DNA from: a virus | Direction: 5' to 3' (one strand) | DNA length: 64,000 bases | IMG/VR virus record: IMGVR_UViG_3300032242_003148 | Location: 32,001 to 96,000 of that record | Shown: one piece after another, positions 28,760-36,184 of the stretch | Layout: each line of letters starts with the position of its first letter | Numbering within the stretch: the stretch's first letter is position 1 | Program-made: the position numbers and the translations under genes | The notes under the pieces: generated by a model | Seen by the model: only the letters and a program-made list of their open reading frames with translations | Told to the model about the DNA's origin: nothing | Databases searched by the model: none

Positions 28760-29200
28760 TTATTTATTTTTAATCTTTTTTGCTCCAGGTGCAACTATTT
28801 TATAACCTAAAGAAGATAAAGTTTTTTTACTACTCTCTATTTTCTCAGCTATCAGTTTAGCGCAACGTTTTTCAATAGCCTTCAAGGTCAATTTAGCTGT
28901 CTTCCATTCAAGCTCGTTTACTTCAAAATAGAAGTCTGAACCTAACTCTGCTAGTTCATAGTCCACAGGTTCTCCATCTGAGTTTCTTTCTAGGATACTG
29001 CACTGATTTCCGCAGGCACAAGTAACCCATTCACTAGACATCTTGATTTCTTTCTTAAAGCGCTTTCTAGCTTCTTTAATATAATCATCAGACATGTCGA
29101 GATAACTTTTTATTTCTTTTGGCTGTTCTGCTATACGCTCGTCTAGGAATTTATTCCAATCAAACTTTTCTTTATTTTTAGTCTCTGAATATGTTTTCAT
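28760..29200 (-). CDS. Hypothetical protein
   Basis: 146 aa with a WVTCACG motif and an (AC)n leader. Confidence 0.7.
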   Translation of the reverse strand: MKTYSETKNKEKFDWNKFLDERIAEQPKEIKSYLDMSDDYIKEARKRFKKEIKMSSEWVTCACGNQCSILERNSDGEPVDYELAELGSDFYFEVNELEWKTAKLTLKAIEKRCAKLIAEKIESSKKTLSSLGYKIVAPGAKKIKNK

Positions 29201-29293
29201 TTGTGTGTGTGTGTTAAGATTGTGCGAGTTTTATTTTTATCTCATTGGCCTTTACTCGCATTTGCCCTTCAGTTGGGTGCGACCACAACATAT

Positions 29294-29367
29294 TGGCTAC
29301 CCCGCATGGATTTGAACCATGAATGTTAGTGCCAAAAACTAAAGTGTTACCGTTACACTACAGGGTA
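29294..29367 (-). tRNA. tRNA-Gln(TTG)
   Basis: TACCCTG TA GTGT AACGGTA ACAC, TTAGT TTTTGGC ACTAA, CATGG TTCAAAT CCATG, GCCA end. Confidence 0.92.
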
Positions 29368-29376
29368 ATTTAAAAT

Positions 29377-29451
29377 TGGCTCCTGATGCTGGGCTCGAAC
29401 CAACAACATGCGAGTTAACAGCTCGCTGCTCTACCATTGAGCTAATCAGGA
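29377..29451 (-). tRNA. tRNA-Asn(GTT)
   Basis: TCCTGAT TAGCTCAATGGTAGAGC, GCGAG CTGTTAA CTCGC, TTCGAG T-loop, ATCAGGA GCCA. Confidence 0.95.
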
Positions 29452-29455
29452 GTAG

Positions 29456-29639
29456 TTTTGACGGAACGATCCTGCAGAACCTTTTCAACATCCGGGTTAC
29501 CATGGTTAAAGAAGTTACTCAGCACTATTATAGTGTGCCAAACATAAGAGCCCTTCTACCCGACCACACCGGCGCACCTACACCATCGGGGGATGGGGGA
29601 AGGGGCACTCCGGTCGTATTTATGATGCTGCCGTCAAAA
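29456..29639 (-). ncRNA. Unknown 184-nt GC-rich structured RNA immediately upstream of tRNA-Asn
   Basis: ttttgacgg / ccgtcaaaa closing helix. Internal hairpins (ccatc-gggg-gatgg, gcactattatagtgtgc, accgg/ccggt). Confidence 0.55.
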
Positions 29640-29645
29640 ATCATA

Positions 29646-30275
29646 TTACATATTTCTAAAGATCCAAAATCCTAGCTTGTCTAGGCCTTGGCCTGCTTTT
29701 CTTGAGGTTTTTGCTATGAACCTCCAAGTAGCTGCCCAGTAACCAAAAGATACCTTGTTTAGCACCTTTCTGGTTTTGTTCCATGGATGATTCAGGTCAG
29801 CGTCAAGTCTGGCCCTGAATTCATCATCAGCTTTTTTAACTTCTGCGGCTGTTCTGGTTAGCTCTATTCTGTGGGCTTTAAGTGATAATAACTTACCACC
29901 ATTAAACACAGCCACAAATTCTAGCCACCATTCATTGCCGTCGTTATCGTCTCGCCCTGTGTAGAAATTAACACTCTGGGTAATTTTCTGTTTAACTAAA
30001 GATCTTCCGGTCTCCGTGAATCTAATGTTTGGAAAATACCGGTGCTTCTTCTTTTTAATTTCTTTAATCTCTTTTTCTGACAGCTCCTCGTAAGTTCCTT
30101 CAATTTTTTCTAACAAAAGGTCACCATTCTTTTTGAGGTAATATGTTTGCATACATTCCTCTAGATCTTTCGTCTGGAAATCTACTTTACCCCAATCTTT
30201 ACCCTTAAAAGCTTCTTTGGCTTTCTTGGGCAGGGGCAGGGCTTTTTCTACTATAATGGTATCAAATAATCCCAT
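29646..30275 (-). CDS. Conserved phage hypothetical protein
   Basis: MGLFDTI...DFQTKDLEECM...WLEFVAVFNGGKL family pattern. Confidence 0.75.
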   Translation of the reverse strand: MGLFDTIIVEKALPLPKKAKEAFKGKDWGKVDFQTKDLEECMQTYYLKKNGDLLLEKIEGTYEELSEKEIKEIKKKKHRYFPNIRFTETGRSLVKQKITQSVNFYTGRDDNDGNEWWLEFVAVFNGGKLLSLKAHRIELTRTAAEVKKADDEFRARLDADLNHPWNKTRKVLNKVSFGYWAATWRFIAKTSRKAGQGLDKLGFWIFRNM

Positions 30276-30276
30276 A

Positions 30277-30483
30277 TTATTCTTTATCCTGGGTGAACCT
30301 AGGATCTTTCTTTAATAGGTGTTTTGGGACTTGGTTTAAAACAATAAGTTTTTCCATCTTTGCGTTAGACACCATTTCTTTCCATTCGTCATCTTTCAAA
30401 CCCTTGGGTCTGTTAGCCATCATTTTTTTAACGTCCCATGTTGGAAGGGATTTAGTAATTTGTTTGGTTTGCCAAATGTGCAT
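30277..30483 (-). CDS. Hypothetical protein
   Basis: 68 aa, TAATATG junction to the next gene. Confidence 0.6.
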   Translation of the reverse strand: MHIWQTKQITKSLPTWDVKKMMANRPKGLKDDEWKEMVSNAKMEKLIVLNQVPKHLLKKDPRFTQDKE

Positions 30484-30504
30484 AATTTTATGTGTTAATT
30501 TTAA

Positions 30505-30645
30505 TGATCTGGATGGTCACTACTCCATCACTGTTTTGGTTTCCCTCGGCTTGCAAGCTCGCCCCCGGAATTTCCAGAAGCACAGGGTTGCTGCGGACAA
30601 CTTACCGCGTAGCAAATGTATGTTCTTTTCCATACTGTCAGATCA
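30505..30645. ncRNA. Unknown multi-hairpin RNA module
   Basis: tgatctg/cagatca closing helix enclosing gatgg/ccatc, ttgctgcgg/ccgcgtagcaa and gtatg/catac hairpins, in AT-rich flanks. Confidence 0.5.
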
Positions 30646-30670
30646 AATTTTTATTTATACTGTTGGTTAA

Positions 30671-30973
30671 TTATTGTTCTTCGTATCCTGCGATAATAGC
30701 TGCACAACGGATATAACCGATAGCATCAACGAAGTTATCGCGCTTGGATGTATATACATCCCTGGCCACCTTTAGTAGCATCATCATCATTGCTGCGTCG
30801 TAGGCAGAAATCTCTGCCTCTGGATCTTTTCTAACTGATAGATAAGCATTCCATAGTGTGGATATTCTTTCGTGATTTGGTGCTGGGTGGTCATAGTCTC
30901 TACGACGATCACCAGACGTCAAACGAAGGGCTTCCTCTAGGATGCTTTCTTTTTGTGTGGTAGTTTTACTCAT
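30671..30973 (-). CDS. DUF6378-like protein (all-alpha NTP pyrophosphohydrolase-like)
   Basis: SILEEA...GDRRRDY...HERISTLWNAYL...MMLLKVAR...RDNFVDAIGY. Confidence 0.75.
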   Translation of the reverse strand: MSKTTTQKESILEEALRLTSGDRRRDYDHPAPNHERISTLWNAYLSVRKDPEAEISAYDAAMMMMLLKVARDVYTSKRDNFVDAIGYIRCAAIIAGYEEQ

Positions 30974-31006
30974 GGATTTTGACCCTAAGCTAGTATTGCA
31001 GCCCTG

Positions 31007-31228
31007 TCAAACGGATTTCTCGGAATATTTTTCAATAACCTGGTCAGGTCGTTTACCTACCCAAAATATAGCCAAATATGGGGGAGTGTTGTATTGGGCT
31101 ATCTCTTTATAGCTTGTGTTTAATCCTGCTAGGCTGTACGCCCTTTGCATATTCCAGAAGTCATTATAGTTGTCTGCTGTTGCTTCCCACCATTGTGGAA
31201 TTTCTACTGTGGTTTTTTTGTGTGTCAT
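31007..31228 (-). CDS. Hypothetical protein
   Basis: 73 aa with AAAACAC leader. Confidence 0.6.
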   Translation of the reverse strand: MTHKKTTVEIPQWWEATADNYNDFWNMQRAYSLAGLNTSYKEIAQYNTPPYLAIFWVGKRPDQVIEKYSEKSV

Positions 31229-31256
31229 GTGTTTTATGTTGATAGCTAAAAATTAG

Positions 31257-31337
31257 AGCTCAGGACAGGACTTAAAATACTCCACGTGCCATTGGAGCAT
31301 ACGCCTAATACCAGAGGGTTATTGGTTGTCCTGAGCT
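31257..31337 (-). ncRNA. Unknown 81-nt three-way-junction RNA module
   Basis: agctcaggaca / tgtcctgagct 11-bp perfect closing helix with two internal hairpins. Confidence 0.55.
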
Positions 31338-31608
31338 AGAATCACATTAGCCCTATATAGGCTATGTGGCAAATAAAATTTTCCGGATTGTGTTAGTCAC
31401 TGCCGGACCAGTGCTCCCAAGCCTGAGTGTGTCAGATTTAGAAAATGGTTAATGGTTGTTACTTTATAGGGCTAGAATAAATCTACAGGTTTGGACCCCT
31501 TTGAATTATTCTATCTGTTATTTTTTTGGGCGGGAAAGATATGATATCTCGCGGCCACAGACGGTTGTAACATTAATGATTTAACCGATAAAATACATTA
31601 CCAAATTT

Positions 31609-31767
31609 TCCCAGTAGTTGTAGCTCCTAGATGGTTGATTTCCTTTGTTCTCACATTCATCACCTGTATGCCTATGAGAGGATGTATCGTTTATCTTCAG
31701 GATTTCCACGTATACACACGGCGGCTGACGTGCTTCTCAGTGTGGGTTTTATATACAACTACTGGGA
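31609..31767 (-). ncRNA. Unknown 159-nt structured RNA module
   Basis: tcccagtagttgta (31609-31622) / tacaactactggga (31754-31767) 14-bp perfect closing helix. Internal cacgt/acgtg and tcctagat/atcttcagga arms. Confidence 0.6.
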
Positions 31768-31776
31768 TAAAAAGTG

Positions 31777-31961
31777 TTCCTCCACCCGCAGCTAGCTTCT
31801 CTCCCCCATGATGACTAGTCATGTTTCTTATTACTCATGCCTGATATAATAGAGGGATTACACGTGCAGGGAACTGCGGTCTCTTTCGCTTTAACGATAA
31901 CTGTAGTCGTGCAGTATTCGTCAAGCTATGAGCAAGGGGAGCGACCTCACCCTAGGAGGAA
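31777..31961. ncRNA. Unknown structured RNA module
   Basis: ttcctcc/ggaggaa closing pair and an internal ccgcag/ctgcgg pairing, in non-coding context. Confidence 0.4.
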
Positions 31962-32146
31962 AATTAATTGACCTATTCGCCCAAAACGTCTTCGGTCTAC
32001 GAGTTCTTCTGACACACTGGATCAGCTCTAATGTGCTGCCAGCTTATCGCAATGGGATTTCTCGGATAAAATGTTGCTCCCCTCAGTCCATGGTATTGGA
32101 CAAGAAGGGAGCGGGTTCGACATTCAAATTGGTGGAGGCGAGGGGA

Positions 32147-32799
32147 CAGATAATTCAAGAATTTTCATCCTTGTCTGGACTATTCCTTTTTCTTGGAGTA
32201 TGGTTGTGCTTTAACCGTGTTCAAGAAAAACCGCATTTATGAAATTGTCTATCCAATACACCGCTGGACTTATTGACGGAGAAGGAACCATTACTCTTAG
32301 TTATGATAATAAAAAAGATAAATGGCGAGCTCCTATCGTCTCAGTCAGCAGCACTACCCTTGAAATACTTGATGCCCTTAAAGAATCCTACGGAGGATGT
32401 ATTTGTAAGCATAAAGTATATAAGGATCACCATAAGCAGGCATATAGTTGGAGATGTCCAAGAGGTGGCGCAGTTAATCTTTGCGCCAGTCTTAAAGACG
32501 TCTTACTTGTACCTGAAAAGGCTTATCGCGCAAAAATGATTTCAGATAAGTATCCTAAATGTACACCTAGAAACGGTAAATACACAAAAGAACTTTCTGA
32601 AGCCAAATCTGAGTTTGAATATGATTTTTTCCATCCTAGTAAGCCATAGCACTTTCGTGATTTAGGCTCCTATGAGTCTCTAGCCAGCTTACTCCTTTCG
32701 GATTCACCGGACGGTGTTAGCATCAGCATTACCTGGAAGCTTTCGCCGTTTGAGCGGTTTTTTCACTGGATAATTACTTATCCAGGCGACTCTTTATGA
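32147..32799 (-). mobile_element. Group I intron in the tmRNA T-loop (653 nt)
   Basis: P1 CGAT|TC-ATAAA-GAGTCG with U-G wobble at the splice site. P2 hairpin 32766-32785. P/Q AAACGGCGAAAG / AACACCGT. R TAGAGACTCATA. S AAGGAATAGTCC. P9 hairpin, terminal G at 32147. Confidence 0.9.
32239..32649 (+). CDS. Single-motif LAGLIDADG homing endonuclease inside the intron, antisense to it
   Basis: YTAGLIDGEGTI motif, VSVSST...LDALKESYGG, YSW, 136 aa. Confidence 0.88.
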   Translation: MKLSIQYTAGLIDGEGTITLSYDNKKDKWRAPIVSVSSTTLEILDALKESYGGCICKHKVYKDHHKQAYSWRCPRGGAVNLCASLKDVLLVPEKAYRAKMISDKYPKCTPRNGKYTKELSEAKSEFEYDFFHPSKP

Positions 32800-33239
32800 A
32801 TCGAACCCCTGTCACTTACTCATTTCAATCAACCGTGTACATGCTTTTCACATTTAATATAAGAACCACAATAATGTGTAAAAGCGCAGTTCAGATTTCC
32901 AACTTAACGCAATTGGTGCGTATGCGAGTTATACCCTCACAACATAATCGAGGTACCCTTTTGTAGTACTGGGCATCGGGCGTCCCTGTACCGTTATTGC
33001 TACTAGCGGCTCTTGCCGCTGCGGTTAGGCAGCGAGAAGCTCAGCGTCAGCATAGCCATACTTTGCAAGAATGGCATCTGCCTCGGCGAGGCTAGGAGCA
33101 AGCATCTCGTTAGAGTTTGCTTTTATTTTTGTTCTCAGATGATTAAGGAGGCCAACTGAGTTCCTCCGCATGTGGGTGTGATATCTATTTGTAAGCTCGA
33201 GTGCCTGTAACGCCCCCAAATTTTTATAAGTGTATTAAA

Positions 33240-34022
33240 TTATTTAAGCCTAGTAAAGCAAAAGCTGCCTTCTGGAAGTTCTGCTCCGTTAGCTCCTGGG
33301 CTATAATAAACGTGAGGTTTAGAGGGTATTAATACCTTACCAAACTTCTTGGCGATTAACACCACTGTTTCCATAATGCCCAGAGCATATGTATGTACCA
33401 GATTTGAGGTGTTGTTTTTGGTGTTCCGTAGCCACATCTTATCGTCATCAACATAGAGCTGATGTCTATAAGCGGATTTCTCCCCGATCTTTATTGTTTC
33501 CTCTCTGGTATATTTACATCCACGAGCAAGCATGAATGTAAAAATAATATTACCAAGAGGTTTTAACATTTCGGTATCACTCAATAGTTCTTCTATATAG
33601 CCTATAATGCCTCTATTAAATGTACCCATGAAGTCTCCGTAAATGATGTCAAAACCAGCATCTGTGGGATTAAACATCCTAGAGTTAAAATCTCTAACCA
33701 CCACTTCTTCCCATTTGTTGGGTAGTAGTTCTGTTTTTACGTTTTTACCATTAATCGTGGCAGCTACTTCTAGCGCTTTCTTATAAACTACAGGATTTGA
33801 CTCTGTGCCTAGAAAGTTAATCTTATTATTAGGGAAGTTCTGAATCAACTGGCTCTCCCACAGCCACTTCTCTGCAGGTAATGATAAAACATTAACTGGT
33901 TGATTTCTATACTCACGATATGTCATGAGCTTCTTGAGATCCCTATTGATATAAAGATCATTGTCTCTTTTTGCCTTACGGGCAGGTGAAGCCCAATCTA
34001 TTACTTCTACGTTTTTAGCCAT
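33240..34022 (-). CDS. Class I SAM-dependent methyltransferase-like protein
   Basis: VLSLPAE motif I-like, FLGTESNP motif II, FDIIYGDFMG motif IV, GNIIFTF. Confidence 0.55.
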   Translation of the reverse strand: MAKNVEVIDWASPARKAKRDNDLYINRDLKKLMTYREYRNQPVNVLSLPAEKWLWESQLIQNFPNNKINFLGTESNPVVYKKALEVAATINGKNVKTELLPNKWEEVVVRDFNSRMFNPTDAGFDIIYGDFMGTFNRGIIGYIEELLSDTEMLKPLGNIIFTFMLARGCKYTREETIKIGEKSAYRHQLYVDDDKMWLRNTKNNTSNLVHTYALGIMETVVLIAKKFGKVLIPSKPHVYYSPGANGAELPEGSFCFTRLK

Positions 34023-34074
34023 GTTTGTTTTATGGTTATGGTTGGTGTTTTGGTTTAGGGGAGGGGACAGTTAA

Positions 34075-34192
34075 AAATAAGTTTGTGTGATCATCACCAC
34101 TTAGCAGATTAAATACCACCAGCGTGTGGTTAAAAATCAATCTACTAACCGTGTCGCCAGATCTCCTGGGCGCTCTACTCACAAGCTTATTT
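34075..34192. ncRNA. Unknown 118-nt three-way-junction RNA module
   Basis: aaataagtttgtg / cacaagcttattt closing helix. Internal ttagcagatt/aatctactaa and cgccag/ctgggcg arms. Confidence 0.55.
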
Positions 34193-34429
34193 AAATTCGG
34201 GGCGCGTTCCTGCCAAGACTTCTGCAATTGTCATTAGCAAGGCGGGTGGTTTGTTCATTGTCTTTGCAGAGAACCTATGAGGTTGTCACCAAATATGGGG
34301 TTATACCATATTGACCTATTAGGAGCGTACTTAATTACGATACGTTCCATTTTTGCTGCGCCCAATCCCCCAGCTAGTTTAGCCGGGACGCTCTATGCCT
34401 AGTTGGCTATTTATACTCGCATAGACGAG

Positions 34430-34533
34430 TTTGAAACACACCCGTGTTGTACCATACACAATCCAAAGCACGCACTAATTGGCTATGTATCGTCGCAGGA
34501 TCTCCCTGCACCCTATTCGGGGAGTGCTTCAAA
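34430..34533 (-). ncRNA. Unknown structured RNA module
   Basis: tttgaaacac / gtgcttcaaa closing helix (G-U on the minus strand), continued by cccg/cggg. Confidence 0.45.
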
Positions 34534-34536
34534 AAT

Positions 34537-34658
34537 GAGGATCTGTACGCCCGTTTGCTATCTATCTCGGAGCAAGGCAGGGGTCTCGAGATCCCGCTTG
34601 CTTGTATAGACAATATCAACCGTGGACCTTTGGTTAATTAGCGGGCGTACAGATCTTC
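34537..34658 (-). ncRNA. Unknown 122-nt three-way-junction RNA module
   Basis: gatctgtacgcccg (34540-34553) / cgggcgtacagatc (34642-34655) 14-bp perfect closing helix with two internal arms. Confidence 0.6.
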
Positions 34659-34671
34659 CCCCCAAAAAGCT

Positions 34672-34790
34672 AAATGTAACATGCTATCTTCTGTAAGGAA
34701 GATGCACGTTGTTGGGTGTGGGGTTTGTTAACCGATTGATTTACCGCTATACCCTAAATTAATAGAGCCCAGCAAATCGTGGTTACATTT
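34672..34790 (-). ncRNA. Unknown 119-nt RNA module directly after the putative promoter
   Basis: aaatgtaac/gttacattt closing helix. Internal atcttc/gaagat and ttgttggg/cccagcaa arms. Confidence 0.5.
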
Positions 34791-34791
34791 T

Positions 34792-34828
34792 ATTATACCG
34801 CAAAAAATGTGTGTTCTAAATGGGGGGG
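34792..34828 (-). promoter_or_regulatory. Putative promoter: C7-N24-TATAAT (TTTAGA-N17-TATAAT)
   Basis: Minus strand CCCCCCCATTTAGAACACACATTTTTTGCGGTATAAT. Same geometry as 35441-35476. Confidence 0.6.
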
Positions 34829-35116
34829 TTAGCACCCATTTAGAAGCTGATTAAGTCTCTTTATTTCTGCCTTGTCGGCTCTACGTATCTCAAACAAATC
34901 ATCAATACTTACGAATGTTCTATCATCATTCTTATTAACTTTCACAATCTTGGGATGGTTCTCTAGCACCTTAATCTTTTCATTAAGTTTCTCTAGTTCT
35001 GCCATTAATTCATTCCTGGTGACCGTTAGCTGTACTGCCATATTGGCGTGAACTTCTAAGTTGTTCTTAAGCTCTGTGTTTTCCCTGATCAACTTGTCTA
35101 CTATTTCGTGGCTCAT
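34829..35116 (-). CDS. Coiled-coil hypothetical protein
   Basis: Start re-assigned to the ATG at 35116 (AAAACATACATG leader). Confidence 0.6.
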   Translation of the reverse strand: MSHEIVDKLIRENTELKNNLEVHANMAVQLTVTRNELMAELEKLNEKIKVLENHPKIVKVNKNDDRTFVSIDDLFEIRRADKAEIKRLNQLLNGC

Positions 35117-35138
35117 GTATGTTTTGGGTTTGTGTGGT

Positions 35139-35402
35139 TTAGTTGTAGAAAGGGGTGTAGCCCGCTCTAGTGATTCCTTCATCGTGATTAATACTTCCTC
35201 CGTGTGTTCCTGGTAATTCCGCAAAATCGATAGGATTACCTCTCTCATCCGCTCCGAAAATTAACGTTTCCGGTTTATCAAAATCTGGTTTTGAGCAGGT
35301 GACAATTATATAGCTGTGCCCATCTAATGGATGGGAGAGACTGTATAGTCTGCTATCAGCTGCCCAGTCTTCTAACTTTTTTATATATTTGGCTATCTTC
35401 AT
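35139..35402 (-). CDS. Conserved phage hypothetical protein
   Basis: PETLIFGADERG...ELPG...H.E....AGY pattern. Confidence 0.65.
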   Translation of the reverse strand: MKIAKYIKKLEDWAADSRLYSLSHPLDGHSYIIVTCSKPDFDKPETLIFGADERGNPIDFAELPGTHGGSINHDEGITRAGYTPFYN

Positions 35403-35406
35403 GGTT

Positions 35407-35436
35407 AAAAAATAGACAGCGATAACTTGCCGTCTA
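35407..35436 (-). terminator. Intrinsic terminator-like hairpin
   Basis: Minus strand TAGACGGC-AAGTTATC-GCTGTCTA-TTTTTT. Confidence 0.6.
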
Positions 35437-35440
35437 ATTA

Positions 35441-35476
35441 ATTATACCAATCAGTTAAGCTATTTAAGCTGGGGGG
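35441..35476 (-). promoter_or_regulatory. Putative promoter: C6-N24-TATAAT
   Basis: Minus strand CCCCCCAGCTTAAATAGCTTAACTGATTGGTATAAT. Confidence 0.55.
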
Positions 35477-35503
35477 TGTAAAACTATCTTAGCGAGATAG
35501 ATT

Positions 35504-36163
35504 CTAGCGGGATTTTGATGTTCCTATGGTATCTGCTCCTGGGGGCCATGATGGCTTTAAATCATTCCTGTGTAATTGATTTTCGCCAACGTCCGCGCTC
35601 TCTGCGTGAGGACTTGCTGAGCTATACTCTAAGTTGAAAATATAACTAGCAACAAAGATTGTTCTATCTTTTGGACCTTTACCAGAACCCACTGGTTCTT
35701 TTAAAACTATGTCTAGATAGTATGCACCAGCAAACATTCTGGAAGTGATATAGCTTGGAATCCATATCTCATACATACCTGTTTTTTTGCCTTTGTATAT
35801 ACCATTATCCATAATACCAGTCCAGGTTGTGTTAAGGGCGTGAGGATCGGACTTAACAACGGTAGTAATATGATACTTTTCATCATTCACGGGTTCTCCC
35901 TTATAGTAAAGCACAGCATCAAGAACTACGTCCTCTCCCTGAAAATAAGTTGATGGGTTTGGTACACCCTGCTCGTAGGGTATACCTGGGAAACCCATAA
36001 AACCAATAGGAGAAGTATATTCTCTAAGTGGTGAGTTCTTTCTGCCTCTTATTATGCTCTGTCTGGGCTCTACAGTACCATCAATAGATTCTAAAGGCAC
36101 AGGTATACTTGTACCATCTGCAGAATTTATATAGTATGCTGGATGCTGGTTTGGATTACTCAT
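35504..36163 (-). CDS. Putative structural (beta-sandwich) protein
   Basis: 219 aa, last gene of the tail block. YFQGEDVVL...AGAYYLDI beta pattern. Confidence 0.6.
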   Translation of the reverse strand: MSNPNQHPAYYINSADGTSIPVPLESIDGTVEPRQSIIRGRKNSPLREYTSPIGFMGFPGIPYEQGVPNPSTYFQGEDVVLDAVLYYKGEPVNDEKYHITTVVKSDPHALNTTWTGIMDNGIYKGKKTGMYEIWIPSYITSRMFAGAYYLDIVLKEPVGSGKGPKDRTIFVASYIFNLEYSSASPHAESADVGENQLHRNDLKPSWPPGADTIGTSKSR

Positions 36164-36184
36164 ATAATCGAGTATACCAGTAAA

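Larger units (their letters stand above)
32130..33217 (-). ncRNA. ssrA: tmRNA, two exons (33217-32800 and 32146-32130) split by a group I intron
   Basis: 5' GGGGGCG pairs with 3' CGCCTCC-ACCA with G3:U70. The spliced T-arm reads GAC AGGGG TTCGATT CCCCT. Tag reading frame 33120-33025 = ANSNEMLAPSLAEADAILAKYGYADAELLAA*. Confidence 0.93.

Noticed and set aside
29376-29675. 99-aa plus-strand ORF
   Set aside because: It is an antisense read-through of tRNA-Asn and the adjacent structured RNA.
31928-32242. 104-aa plus-strand ORF abutting the endonuclease start
   Set aside because: It crosses the tmRNA 3' exon and intron core antisense and has no recognisable motif. It is probably incidental, although its ATGA overlap with the endonuclease start could allow coupling.
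33025-33219. 64-aa ORF MGALQALEL...ELLAA as a protein gene
   Set aside because: It is the tmRNA 5' end read in frame with the tag. Only 33120-33025 is translated, by trans-translation.
34036-34641. Short ORFs of 63-70 aa within the 34 kb non-coding block
   Set aside because: They have non-ATG starts, no AC-rich leader, conflicting strands, and they overlap strong RNA helices.
31250-34800. RNase P, SRP, 6S or hammerhead RNA assignments for the modules
   Set aside because: Diagnostic motifs (GAGGAAAGUCC, the SRP GGAA/AGCAG domain, CUGAUGA...GAAA) were not found by eye. A covariance search is needed.
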